The position numbers and the translations under genes are program-made. A stretch of DNA of 64,000 bases from Patescibacteria group bacterium (GTDB taxonomy: Bacteria; Patescibacteriota; Patescibacteriia; XYB2-FULL-38-15). The DNA lies in the NCBI GenBank assembly GCA_041650995.1, contig JBAZJZ010000001.1:491302-555301 (forward strand). Direction: 5' to 3'. Positions 56,303 to 64,000 of the stretch are shown one piece after another. The notes below the pieces were generated by a model. The model ran no database searches, was not told where the DNA came from, and saw only the letters and a list, made by a program, of their open reading frames with translations. Numbering within the stretch: the first letter of the stretch is position 1; every line of letters begins with the position of its first letter.

Positions 56303-57064
56303 TCAAATCTTTAATGTTTTGGTCAAATAGTTTATCCACATAAGGCTTTTTAGCTCTCTATCCCGATGAACCTCGGTAAAAATATCAATAATTTTTGCCA
56401 ACTCCCCGACATGCGCTTTGGTAATTTTAAGCACCACTATTTTTTTAAAATTATTTTCTAAAACAAAACGTGAAATTTTTATCGCCGCAGTGGAAATCGG
56501 TAGCTCACCCCCGCCACACTGACCGCAAGTTAGTCCTCCTCTCCCCGCGTCAAAAAAATTTCTGCTCGGGGTAATTTTATTTTTACATTTAACGCAAGTA
56601 TAAAGTTCTGGCATCCAACCGAGAATGGTTAATAATTTTAAAACAAAAAATTTTGATAAGATATATAATTTTAAAAAACTTTTAATTTTCACCTCATTAA
56701 AAATTTCTAAAATTTCCAAAAGCAATTCATAGATTTTTAAATCCGGATGATCAGTTTTAGTAAAAACATCCACTATTTCTAGACAAAAACTTGCAAGCAC
56801 GGTTTTTCCTAAATCACTTTTGATATTTAAAAAATTTTTTTCTCTGGCAGCACCAGCAATTTGATAGTTTGTTTTCCCTGGTGCCACCATTAAATCAATC
56901 ACGGAAAATAGTTCCAGGTGCCCAGCCATTTTACTTTTTATTTTTCGTACGCCCTTTGCCACCGCGGAAATTTTACCGAGCTCGTCGGTATAAATTACAA
57001 AAAGACGATCGCTTTCACGATAGTCTTGTTTTCTTAAAATTATACCTCGGACAAGACGCGTCAT
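56303..57064 (-). CDS. recO: DNA repair protein RecO
   Basis: An N-terminal OB fold (…ILRKQDYRESDRLFVI…) is followed by a C-terminal Cys4 zinc motif. Confidence 0.8.
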   Translation of the reverse strand: MTRLVRGIILRKQDYRESDRLFVIYTDELGKISAVAKGVRKIKSKMAGHLELFSVIDLMVAPGKTNYQIAGAAREKNFLNIKSDLGKTVLASFCLEIVDVFTKTDHPDLKIYELLLEILEIFNEVKIKSFLKLYILSKFFVLKLLTILGWMPELYTCVKCKNKITPSRNFFDAGRGGLTCGQCGGGELPISTAAIKISRFVLENNFKKIVVLKITKAHVGELAKIIDIFTEVHRDRELKSLMWINYLTKTLKI

Positions 57065-57453
57065 TTTTTTCTATCAAAAAAACTCTGCAAAATAATCATC
57101 GCCGCCACGGCGTCGCGTTCTTTCACGCCGGATTCTGCCATCAGTTTATCCACCATGGCGCTTGAAAATCTTTCATCTTCCATTTCTGTTGGCACCGCTA
57201 AATTATTTTTTAAAAAATCCACAAAACGCATAATTTCTTCTGCTTGCGGTCCGGTCTCGCTCGCCATGGTGAGCGGCAGACCGACTACAATTTTTCCAAT
57301 ATTTTCTTCAACACAAACTCTTTTAATCTCTGCCAATAAAAAATCTCTTCCCTTGTTTTCTAAAACGAAAAACGGCGAGGCTATTTTTGTCTCATCACTG
57401 CCGGTGGCAAACCCAACTCTTTTTTCACCGTAATCAATTCCTAAATAATTCAT
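57061..57453 (-). CDS. ruvX: Holliday junction resolvase-like RuvX/YqgF
   Basis: The N-terminus reads LGIDYGEKRVGFA. Confidence 0.85.
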   Translation of the reverse strand: MNYLGIDYGEKRVGFATGSDETKIASPFFVLENKGRDFLLAEIKRVCVEENIGKIVVGLPLTMASETGPQAEEIMRFVDFLKNNLAVPTEMEDERFSSAMVDKLMAESGVKERDAVAAMIILQSFFDRKK

Positions 57454-58238
57454 AATCTCGTCAAAACTTCATGGCCATTTTTAGTTACAGCTATAGTGTG
57501 TTCAAAATGGGCCGCAAGACTGCGGTCGGAGGTAACTACAGTCCATTCATCGTCTAAAGTTTCAACTTCCGCTCCGCCGGCGCAAACCATTGGTTCCGGG
57601 CAAATCGTCATGCCTTCCCGTAATTCAACTGGTTTATAAAAACGATCCAAAAAATTAGGAACATAAGGGGGTTCATGCACGCGTTTTCCGACACCATGCC
57701 CGACAAGGTCGCGCACTACAGAAAAATCATTTTTCTCAACATGCCCTTGAATGGCTCCGGCTATATCAGAAACAAAATTTCCCGGCTTGATTTGGGCGAT
57801 CCCGGCTTCTAACGCTTCAGCTGTCACTCGAACTAATTTTTCTTTTTCGTCACTAATTTCACCTACAGCTACGGTAATCGCCGCATCAGTAAAAAGCCCT
57901 TCTGATCCGGCGGGATATTTCACTCCCAAATCAAGGCTAATAATATCACCTTCTTTTAAAACTCGTGATGGCAGCGCCGGCGCGTGAATAACTTCGTCAT
58001 TAATTGAAGTGCAAAGTGTTGTTGGGAACGGAGTTGAGTTTGAATTTGACTGGTAATGTTTAAACGCTGGCACTGCTCCGTGCTCGGAAATTAATTTCTC
58101 GGCTAAAGAATTAAGCTCTCCGGTCGTTATGCCTGGACGAACCGCCTTACGCAATTCTTCCAAAACCATCGCTAAAATTCTGCCGCTTTGCCGCATAATT
58201 TTTATTTCTTCTGAAGTTTTTATGATTATTTTTTCCAT
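57450..58238 (-). CDS. map: Methionine aminopeptidase type I
   Basis: The pita-bread fold and its metal-binding His/Asp/Glu pattern are present. Confidence 0.9.
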   Translation of the reverse strand: MEKIIIKTSEEIKIMRQSGRILAMVLEELRKAVRPGITTGELNSLAEKLISEHGAVPAFKHYQSNSNSTPFPTTLCTSINDEVIHAPALPSRVLKEGDIISLDLGVKYPAGSEGLFTDAAITVAVGEISDEKEKLVRVTAEALEAGIAQIKPGNFVSDIAGAIQGHVEKNDFSVVRDLVGHGVGKRVHEPPYVPNFLDRFYKPVELREGMTICPEPMVCAGGAEVETLDDEWTVVTSDRSLAAHFEHTIAVTKNGHEVLTRL

Positions 58239-58242
58239 GAAT

Positions 58243-58890
58243 TTATTTAACTTTTTCTTCGAGTTTATTATCTATTTCCGCAAAAACTTTTTCAATGGGG
58301 CCAACCCCGTTTACCCTAATAATTTTTTCTTTTTTGCCATAATAATTTATAATAGGCTCTGTTTCCGCGTGATAAATTTGAAGCCTCTTCGCAATCGCTT
58401 CTGGCTTGTCGTCGTCGCGCGCTGTAAGTTTTTCTCCACAAACATCGCAAAGTTCATCCCGATGCGGAGGTTTATTTAAAATATTATAAATCGCACCGCA
58501 TTTTGGGCAAACTCTCCGGCTGGCCAACCTTTTTTGAACTTCATCATCGTTTATTTCAAGTAAAATCGCCCAATCCAAACCAATATTTTTTTCCAAAACC
58601 GCCAGTTGATTCATATTCCGCGGATAGCCATCTAAAATAAACCCATGTTGATATTTTGAAGTAGCAAGTTCTCCGAGAACAATTTTATCCGTAATCTCAT
58701 CGGGAACCAATTGTCCTTTATTAATTAACGCGGCAGCCAACCTACCAAGTTCTGTTTGTTTTTTAATTTCCTGGCGAAAAACCTCTCCGGTTGATAAAAT
58801 TTCTAGGTTATATTTTTTTGCCAGCATTTCCGCCTGCGTGCCCTTTCCGGATCCTTGCGAGCCAAAAAGCGCTAATTTTAATTTTCCCAT
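58243..58890 (-). CDS. adk: Adenylate kinase with a Zn-binding lid
   Basis: The P-loop (GSQGSGKGTQ) is present, and the lid region contains CPKCG...CDVCG. Confidence 0.9.
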   Translation of the reverse strand: MGKLKLALFGSQGSGKGTQAEMLAKKYNLEILSTGEVFRQEIKKQTELGRLAAALINKGQLVPDEITDKIVLGELATSKYQHGFILDGYPRNMNQLAVLEKNIGLDWAILLEINDDEVQKRLASRRVCPKCGAIYNILNKPPHRDELCDVCGEKLTARDDDKPEAIAKRLQIYHAETEPIINYYGKKEKIIRVNGVGPIEKVFAEIDNKLEEKVK

Positions 58891-59056
58891 ACCCCGTTAA
58901 AAATCTGACAATTTAATTTTGAGTAATTGTCAGAGTTAAAAATATTAATAAACTATAATGCGCCGCTATTTTATGCAGAAAAATTTTAATAATTTTTCTA
59001 CCAAAGATTTCTAACGGGGCATAAATTCAGAAAACCCACACTAAAAACTGTGTGGG

Positions 59057-59341
59057 TTATTTGTAAATTAAATTTTTTAATTTTTGATAATCAACCGAAG
59101 AAATTTTTCCGGCTTTTACCATTCTAGAAAGTTCCGGTAGAACATGCAACCGATATTCTTCAACCGTTACTCCGCCAGACCCCATAAATCTTACAATAAT
59201 GCTTTTTACGAACAACCGCTGTTCTTGATTCAAAGTTCCGATACGGAAAAGTGTTTTTTCTACCTCAATTGAAGTAGTAAAAAGCATTCCTTGCTTTTTA
59301 GCTCTACCGTTACTGCCGAAAATAATGTCTAAAAAACCCAT
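59057..59341 (-). CDS. Hypothetical 94-aa protein inserted between secY and adk
   Basis: It is an ORF with no recognisable motif. Confidence 0.35.
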   Translation of the reverse strand: MGFLDIIFGSNGRAKKQGMLFTTSIEVEKTLFRIGTLNQEQRLFVKSIIVRFMGSGGVTVEEYRLHVLPELSRMVKAGKISSVDYQKLKNLIYK

Positions 59342-59385
59342 ACGATTTTAATTTAGATTTTAGACTATATTTTCCAAACTATAAA

Positions 59386-60657
59386 TTACAACCCATCATA
59401 CTCCCGCATAGTAAGCTGAGAATCAATTTGTCTGATAGTTTCAAGCACAACAGAAACAACAATCAAAACGCTTGTTCCGCCAAATTGCAAAACTTGCACG
59501 CCGGTAATTTGTTGTAAAATCATCGGCAAAACCGCGATAATCGCGAGAAATAGCGCTCCGGCCAGAATAATTCTTGAAGTCGTCGCACTAAGATACTGGG
59601 CAGTTGGCGCTCCCGGCCTTATGCCTGGGATAAAGCCTCCATTTTTTTGAAGATTATCGGCAATTTGCTGCGGATGAAAAATAACTGCTGTATAAAAATA
59701 GGTAAAACCAAAGACTAAAATAAAATAAAGCAAGCCATAAATAAATTGATTACGAAAAATATCAATCACCCATTGTGCTCCTCCGGCAATCCAAGCCGAC
59801 TTAGCTTGCACAAAAAATTGAGCAACCATCGGCGGGAGAAGAATCAGGGAAATTGCAAAGATAATCGGAATTACACCAGCCATATTAACCCGAAGAGGCA
59901 AATGCGTTGAAGCGCCGCCATACATTTTTGTCCCGCGCACCTGTTTGGCGTAAGAAACCGGAACCTGCCGTTGACCCTCGGTAATAATTACTACTCCGAC
60001 AATCGTGACTATCGCAATGATCGCAAAAATTATAAAGTTAAAAACTTGAGAAGCATCAAACACTACCAAAGCCTGCTGCACGGCGGCTGGCAAACCGCTT
60101 ACAATTCCAGCAAAAATCAAAAGTGAAATACCATTTCCAATTTTTTTCTCGGAAATCAATTCACCTATCCACATCAGAAAAATCGTACCAGTGGTAATGG
60201 TCATAACCGTGCTAAAAAGGCGCCAAGGAGAAACGTCCGTAATAATAGGATTCGCTGATTGGCGAAGCATCGCAATCATGCTATAAGCTTGCAATGCCGC
60301 GAGCGGCACAGCTAAAATTCTTGTCCACTGATTTATTTTTTGTCTGCCATATTCTTCTTTCCCGAGTTCCTCCAAACGAGGGATAATCATCATTAATAAC
60401 TGAAAAATAATTGATGCCGTGATGTACGGAGCAACGCCCAACATCACTACGGAAAAATTTTCCATGCTTCCGCCGGAAAAAACATTCAACAAACCAAGAA
60501 TCTGGTTTGATTCAAAAAATTTTTTTAAATTTTCAAGGTCAACTCCCGGAACCGGAATATGCGCGGCTAAACGAAAAATGCCCAACATCAGAAGGACAAA
60601 AAGAATATTTTTGCGTAAATCAGGAATTTTCCAAATTTGGATAAATTTTTGCCACAT
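59386..60657 (-). CDS. secY: Preprotein translocase subunit SecY
   Basis: It has 10 TM segments and conserved SecY segments. Confidence 0.95.
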   Translation of the reverse strand: MWQKFIQIWKIPDLRKNILFVLLMLGIFRLAAHIPVPGVDLENLKKFFESNQILGLLNVFSGGSMENFSVVMLGVAPYITASIIFQLLMMIIPRLEELGKEEYGRQKINQWTRILAVPLAALQAYSMIAMLRQSANPIITDVSPWRLFSTVMTITTGTIFLMWIGELISEKKIGNGISLLIFAGIVSGLPAAVQQALVVFDASQVFNFIIFAIIAIVTIVGVVIITEGQRQVPVSYAKQVRGTKMYGGASTHLPLRVNMAGVIPIIFAISLILLPPMVAQFFVQAKSAWIAGGAQWVIDIFRNQFIYGLLYFILVFGFTYFYTAVIFHPQQIADNLQKNGGFIPGIRPGAPTAQYLSATTSRIILAGALFLAIIAVLPMILQQITGVQVLQFGGTSVLIVVSVVLETIRQIDSQLTMREYDGL

Positions 60658-60681
60658 ATTAATGATTGGACAATATAACTA

Positions 60682-61122
60682 TTATTGAATGATTTTTCCG
60701 CCTGCCTTTTCTATTTTTTCTTTGGCACTCCCAGAGACAGAACAATCCTTGATGATCAATTTCTTTTTTATTTCCCCACTACCTAAAATTTTCACCGCTA
60801 CTTTCATTTTACCAACTAATCCTTTTTCTAACAATGTTTTCGGCGTAACACGTTCCCCGTCATTAAATTTCTTTTCCAAGTCTTTAACATTTACGGCAAT
60901 CATTTTAGGATAAGGACTATTAAAACCGCGCAACTTCGGGGTGGACATAATAATCCTTCTCATACCCAAAATTTTGAGGCCTTTTCTACCACCTGATCTT
61001 GCGCGCTGCCCCTTCTGTCCCCTGCCACTATATGTGCCCGTGCTTCCAAGACCTCTCCCAACTCGCTTTACTTTTTTCCTTGATCCCGAAGATGATTTAA
61101 TTGTGTGTAATGTTAACGCCAT
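60682..61122 (-). CDS. rplO: 50S ribosomal protein L15
   Basis: The basic Gly-rich motif region reads GRGLGSTGTYSGRGQKGQRARSGG. Confidence 0.9.
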   Translation of the reverse strand: MALTLHTIKSSSGSRKKVKRVGRGLGSTGTYSGRGQKGQRARSGGRKGLKILGMRRIIMSTPKLRGFNSPYPKMIAVNVKDLEKKFNDGERVTPKTLLEKGLVGKMKVAVKILGSGEIKKKLIIKDCSVSGSAKEKIEKAGGKIIQ

Positions 61123-61126
61123 AAAT

Positions 61127-61621
61127 TTATTTTCGCAATTCTAATTTCAACTTGCCTAAAGCATTAATCGTCGCTCTGCTATTATTAATTTTATTTTTTG
61201 ATCCTAAAATTTTTCCAACTACGTTCGGCACGCCAGCCAATTCAAAAACATTCCGCATGGCTCCGCCCGCTTTAACACCCGTGCCTTTTGGCGCAGGTTT
61301 CAAAAGAACAACCGCTGCTCCGAATTTTTCTTTAATTTCGTAAGGAATCGTTTCGTTTTTTAACGGCACGGTTACTAAATTTTTTTCAGCCTTGATCCCT
61401 GCTTTAGCCACTGCTTGCGTCACATCTGATCCTTTAGCTACAGACATGCCGACGCGGCCTTTTTTGTCACCAACAATAACGCAGGCGCGAAATTTCATTC
61501 TTTTTCCGCCCGCCGTTACTCTCGTAACACGCGCTATCTCAAGAATTTTTTGTTCAAATTCTTTTTCCTTGTCAAATCCTTTTTCTCTTCTTTTTCCCTG
61601 GCCTCTTTTGTTAGGCATCAT
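61127..61621 (-). CDS. rpsE: 30S ribosomal protein S5
   Basis: The S5 dsRBD region reads …RVTRVTAGGKRMKFRA…. Confidence 0.9.
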   Translation of the reverse strand: MMPNKRGQGKRREKGFDKEKEFEQKILEIARVTRVTAGGKRMKFRACVIVGDKKGRVGMSVAKGSDVTQAVAKAGIKAEKNLVTVPLKNETIPYEIKEKFGAAVVLLKPAPKGTGVKAGGAMRNVFELAGVPNVVGKILGSKNKINNSRATINALGKLKLELRK

Positions 61622-61639
61622 ATATTAGACTTTATAAAA

Positions 61640-62053
61640 TTAAAATTTAATTCCACCTTCTCTCGCGCCATCAGCGACCGCTTTTATTCTGCCATGATAG
61701 GCAAAACCGCCTCTATCAAAAATCACTGTTTCAATTCCTAATTTTTTTGCTTTTTCCGCAATTAATTTTCCTATCTCAAAAGCAATCGCAACTTTATTGG
61801 TTTTATCGCCAAGATTTTTCGGCGCAACCGGAACAACTCTCTTATTTTTACCCACCGCCTTTTTCCCCAAAGCAAAATCAGAAGCAGAGGCGAGCGTCTT
61901 ACTATTAACATCATCTATCAGCTGGGCACTTATATGTTTGTCACTTCGAAAAACTGCGAGCCTTGGTCTTTTTTGGTCACCAAAAATTTTTGCCCTGACG
62001 CGTGACTGGCGTCTTGCTCTTTTTTTCTCTTTTATTTGCTGTAAATTTTTCAT
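61640..62053 (-). CDS. rplR: 50S ribosomal protein L18
   Basis: The L18 N-terminal pattern and conserved gene order support the call. Confidence 0.85.
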   Translation of the reverse strand: MKNLQQIKEKKRARRQSRVRAKIFGDQKRPRLAVFRSDKHISAQLIDDVNSKTLASASDFALGKKAVGKNKRVVPVAPKNLGDKTNKVAIAFEIGKLIAEKAKKLGIETVIFDRGGFAYHGRIKAVADGAREGGIKF

Positions 62054-62076
62054 ATCTCTAAAATTCTAAATTATTT

Positions 62077-62631
62077 TTATGCTCCAGCGCCGGCCGCTTT
62101 GGCCGCTTTTCCAGCTTTCTTAACAATCACTTCATCAACATATTTTATACCTTTTCCCTTATATGGTTCCGGTGGTTTTAATGCCCTGATCTCTGAAGCT
62201 ACCGCCCCGACCAATCGTTTATCAATTCCGCTGATGGAAATAATATTTTTATCAATTCCTGCGGCGATACCCTTGGGGAGGGGAAAATCTACCGGATGAG
62301 AAAAACCGAGATTTAAAACAATTTTTTCTCCACTTAAAGCTGCTTTATAACCAACTCCGTTTATTTCTAATTTTTTTTCAAAACCAACTGTCACACCTAT
62401 AATCATATTTTTTATCAAGCTACCATAAAGACCCCAAAGCGCTTTATCCGACTTCAATTCTGGATCTTTAACGGTTATTTTCAACTCATTATTTTCCAAA
62501 ACAATAGACACTCGCGGATGGATAGTTTCTTTAAGTTCTCCCTTCGGCCCTTTGACCAAAACAAAAGCTTGCTCGATTTTTACCTCGACTCCCTTTGGAA
62601 CTGGAATTAATTTTTTACCTATTCGAGACAT
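62077..62631 (-). CDS. rplF: 50S ribosomal protein L6
   Basis: The N-terminus reads MSRIGKKLIPVPKGVEV. Confidence 0.9.
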   Translation of the reverse strand: MSRIGKKLIPVPKGVEVKIEQAFVLVKGPKGELKETIHPRVSIVLENNELKITVKDPELKSDKALWGLYGSLIKNMIIGVTVGFEKKLEINGVGYKAALSGEKIVLNLGFSHPVDFPLPKGIAAGIDKNIISISGIDKRLVGAVASEIRALKPPEPYKGKGIKYVDEVIVKKAGKAAKAAGAGA

Positions 62632-62652
62632 TATCGCTTAAATTAATTTTAA

Positions 62653-63036
62653 TTAATATATTTCACAAAGCACTTCTCCGCCCAATCCTCGCTTCCTGGC
62701 TTCAGCAGCGGTTAAAAGTCCGGACGACGTGGAAATAATCGCGACACCAATCCCTCCCAAAACTCTTGGCAAATCCGCTTTTGACGCGTAAACTCTTTTG
62801 CCCGGCTTGCTCACTCTTTTCAAACTTCTAACAGCAGGCGCACCATCTGTATCATATCTTAAAATAATTTTCATTTGCCTTTCTTTTTCCAAAACTTCTA
62901 TCCCACCTACAAATTTTTCTGCTTCCATTATTTTGGCAATTTCAAACTTAATCCTTGAAAAAGGGATCTTAACCTCGTCCTTTTTTACAAGAACGGCGTT
63001 TCTAATTCTGGTAAGCATGTCTGAAATTGGATCCAT
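62653..63036 (-). CDS. rpsH: 30S ribosomal protein S8
   Basis: The N-terminus reads MDPISDMLTRIRNA. Confidence 0.95.
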   Translation of the reverse strand: MDPISDMLTRIRNAVLVKKDEVKIPFSRIKFEIAKIMEAEKFVGGIEVLEKERQMKIILRYDTDGAPAVRSLKRVSKPGKRVYASKADLPRVLGGIGVAIISTSSGLLTAAEARKRGLGGEVLCEIY

Positions 63037-63083
63037 AGTATTGATGCGATGTTTAATTTGTGTTTTTAAATAATTAACCGATT

Positions 63084-63269
63084 CTACCAGCTCGATTTCG
63101 TCACACCAGGAAGCTCTCCGCGATTGGCAAGTTCCCTAAAACATATCCTGCATAACTCAAATTTTCTCATATATCCCCTCTTTCTTCCACAACGCCAACA
63201 TCGCCGAACTTCGCGTGTTTTAAATTTCGGTTTTTTAAGGGATTTGGAAATTTGTGCTTCAGTAGCCAT
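63084..63269 (-). CDS. rpsZ: 30S ribosomal protein S14 type Z (zinc-binding)
   Basis: It is 61 aa with a CxxC...CxxC arrangement. Confidence 0.9.
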   Translation of the reverse strand: MATEAQISKSLKKPKFKTREVRRCWRCGRKRGYMRKFELCRICFRELANRGELPGVTKSSW

Positions 63270-63281
63270 ATTTTGTTTATT

Positions 63282-63833
63282 CTATGCTTCCTGCATGGGA
63301 AAACCCATCAATTTTAATAAAGTTAATCCTTTTTCTCTGTTCCGCGCTGTGGTTTTAATTGTCACTTGCAAACCATGGATTTTCTCAATTTCTTCTGATC
63401 TAATTTCAGGAAAAGAAATGTTTTCCCTGAAACCAACTGATAAATTTCCTTCTTTGTCTAAAAATTTTTGAGAAATTCCACGGAAATCGCGAACTCGAGG
63501 GAAAGTAATGTTAATTAATTTATCAACAAAGTCATACATTCTCTGGCCGCGCAATGTCACAACTATACCGACCGGCATTCCTTTTCTTATCTTAAAATTA
63601 GAGATTGATTTTTTTGCTAAGGTTTTAACGGGTTTTTGTCCCGTGATTTTTCTTAAAGTGTCTTCAACAATATCCAAAAATTTAGCGTCTTTCAGCCCAG
63701 CGGATAATCCGGCAGTCACCACTACTTTTTCTATTTTAGGCACGGCTAAATTGTTTTTATAACCAAAAAGCTTCTTCATTTCCGGAATAACTTCTTTGGT
63801 ATATTTTGTTTTAATCCTTGATTCGTTTTCCAT
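63282..63833 (-). CDS. rplE: 50S ribosomal protein L5
   Basis: The L5 N-terminus reads MENESRIKTKYTKEVIPEMKKLFGYKN. The track ORF starts at an upstream TTG. Confidence 0.9.
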   Translation of the reverse strand: MENESRIKTKYTKEVIPEMKKLFGYKNNLAVPKIEKVVVTAGLSAGLKDAKFLDIVEDTLRKITGQKPVKTLAKKSISNFKIRKGMPVGIVVTLRGQRMYDFVDKLINITFPRVRDFRGISQKFLDKEGNLSVGFRENISFPEIRSEEIEKIHGLQVTIKTTARNREKGLTLLKLMGFPMQEA

Positions 63834-63852
63834 ATATTTAATTAATCTCGAT

Positions 63853-64000
63853 TTATTCAATTACCTCTTTGCATTTCTTGCACATTCTTATTTTTTTACC
63901 ATTCTCCAAAATTTTATAACTAACCCGCGTCAATTTATTACATTTACTACAAATCAACATCACGTTCGAAGCGCGAAACGGTGCTGGAAACTGAATACGC
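63853..64000 (-). CDS. rplX: 50S ribosomal protein L24, C-terminal part; the N-terminus lies beyond the window end
   Basis: Hand translation gives ...[43 protein letters not shown]. It was not in the ORF track because it is cut by the window edge. Confidence 0.8.
   Translation of the reverse strand, partial: RIQFPAPFRASNVMLICSKCNKLTRVSYKILENGKKIRMCKKCKEVIE

Noticed and set aside
55742-56343. Overlapping plus-strand ORFs (190 aa, 132 aa) in the GC-rich insert
   Set aside because: High GC generates long open frames in several phases. Their translations are low-complexity and Arg/Pro-rich, with no protein-like pattern. The minus-strand 226-aa frame looks more plausible but is itself uncertain.

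Overview
This window is AT-rich (roughly 35-40% GC by eye), with short intergenic spacers and a streamlined bacterial gene set. It resembles a Candidate Phyla Radiation/Patescibacteria-type genome using the standard code: UGA serves as a stop and an RF2 gene is present. Most genes lie on the minus strand. Housekeeping content includes ksgA, prfB, htrA, ogt, nrdDG, ftsAZ, ybeY, hisS, lepB, der, pth, dprA, topA, relA/spoT, parAB, scpAB, lon, aspS, asnS, recO, ruvX, map, adk, secY and an rplX-to-rplO ribosomal protein block, plus four tRNAs. Features outside that core are listed below.
- An IS200-like REP-associated tyrosine transposase flanked by REP-type hairpins.
- A ~12 kb minus-strand cluster of cell-surface proteins. 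It includes a 2906-aa giant protein with Myxococcus-type cysteine-rich repeats, and a 629-aa paralog sharing its N-terminal module.
- A compact GC-rich (~55% by eye) inserted cassette carrying a radical SAM/SPASM enzyme. Its stop codon overlaps (ATGA) the start of a 55-aa Cys/Asp-rich peptide ORF that the ORF track missed. This looks like a horizontally acquired RiPP (ranthipeptide/SCIFF-like) precursor-plus-maturase pair and is the most interesting signal in the window.
- A second GC-rich insert upstream of asnS.
- An NrdD whose glycyl-radical domain sits on a separate 49-aa minigene.
- An initiator-like tRNA with a duplicated 3' fragment.
- Conserved intergenic motifs.
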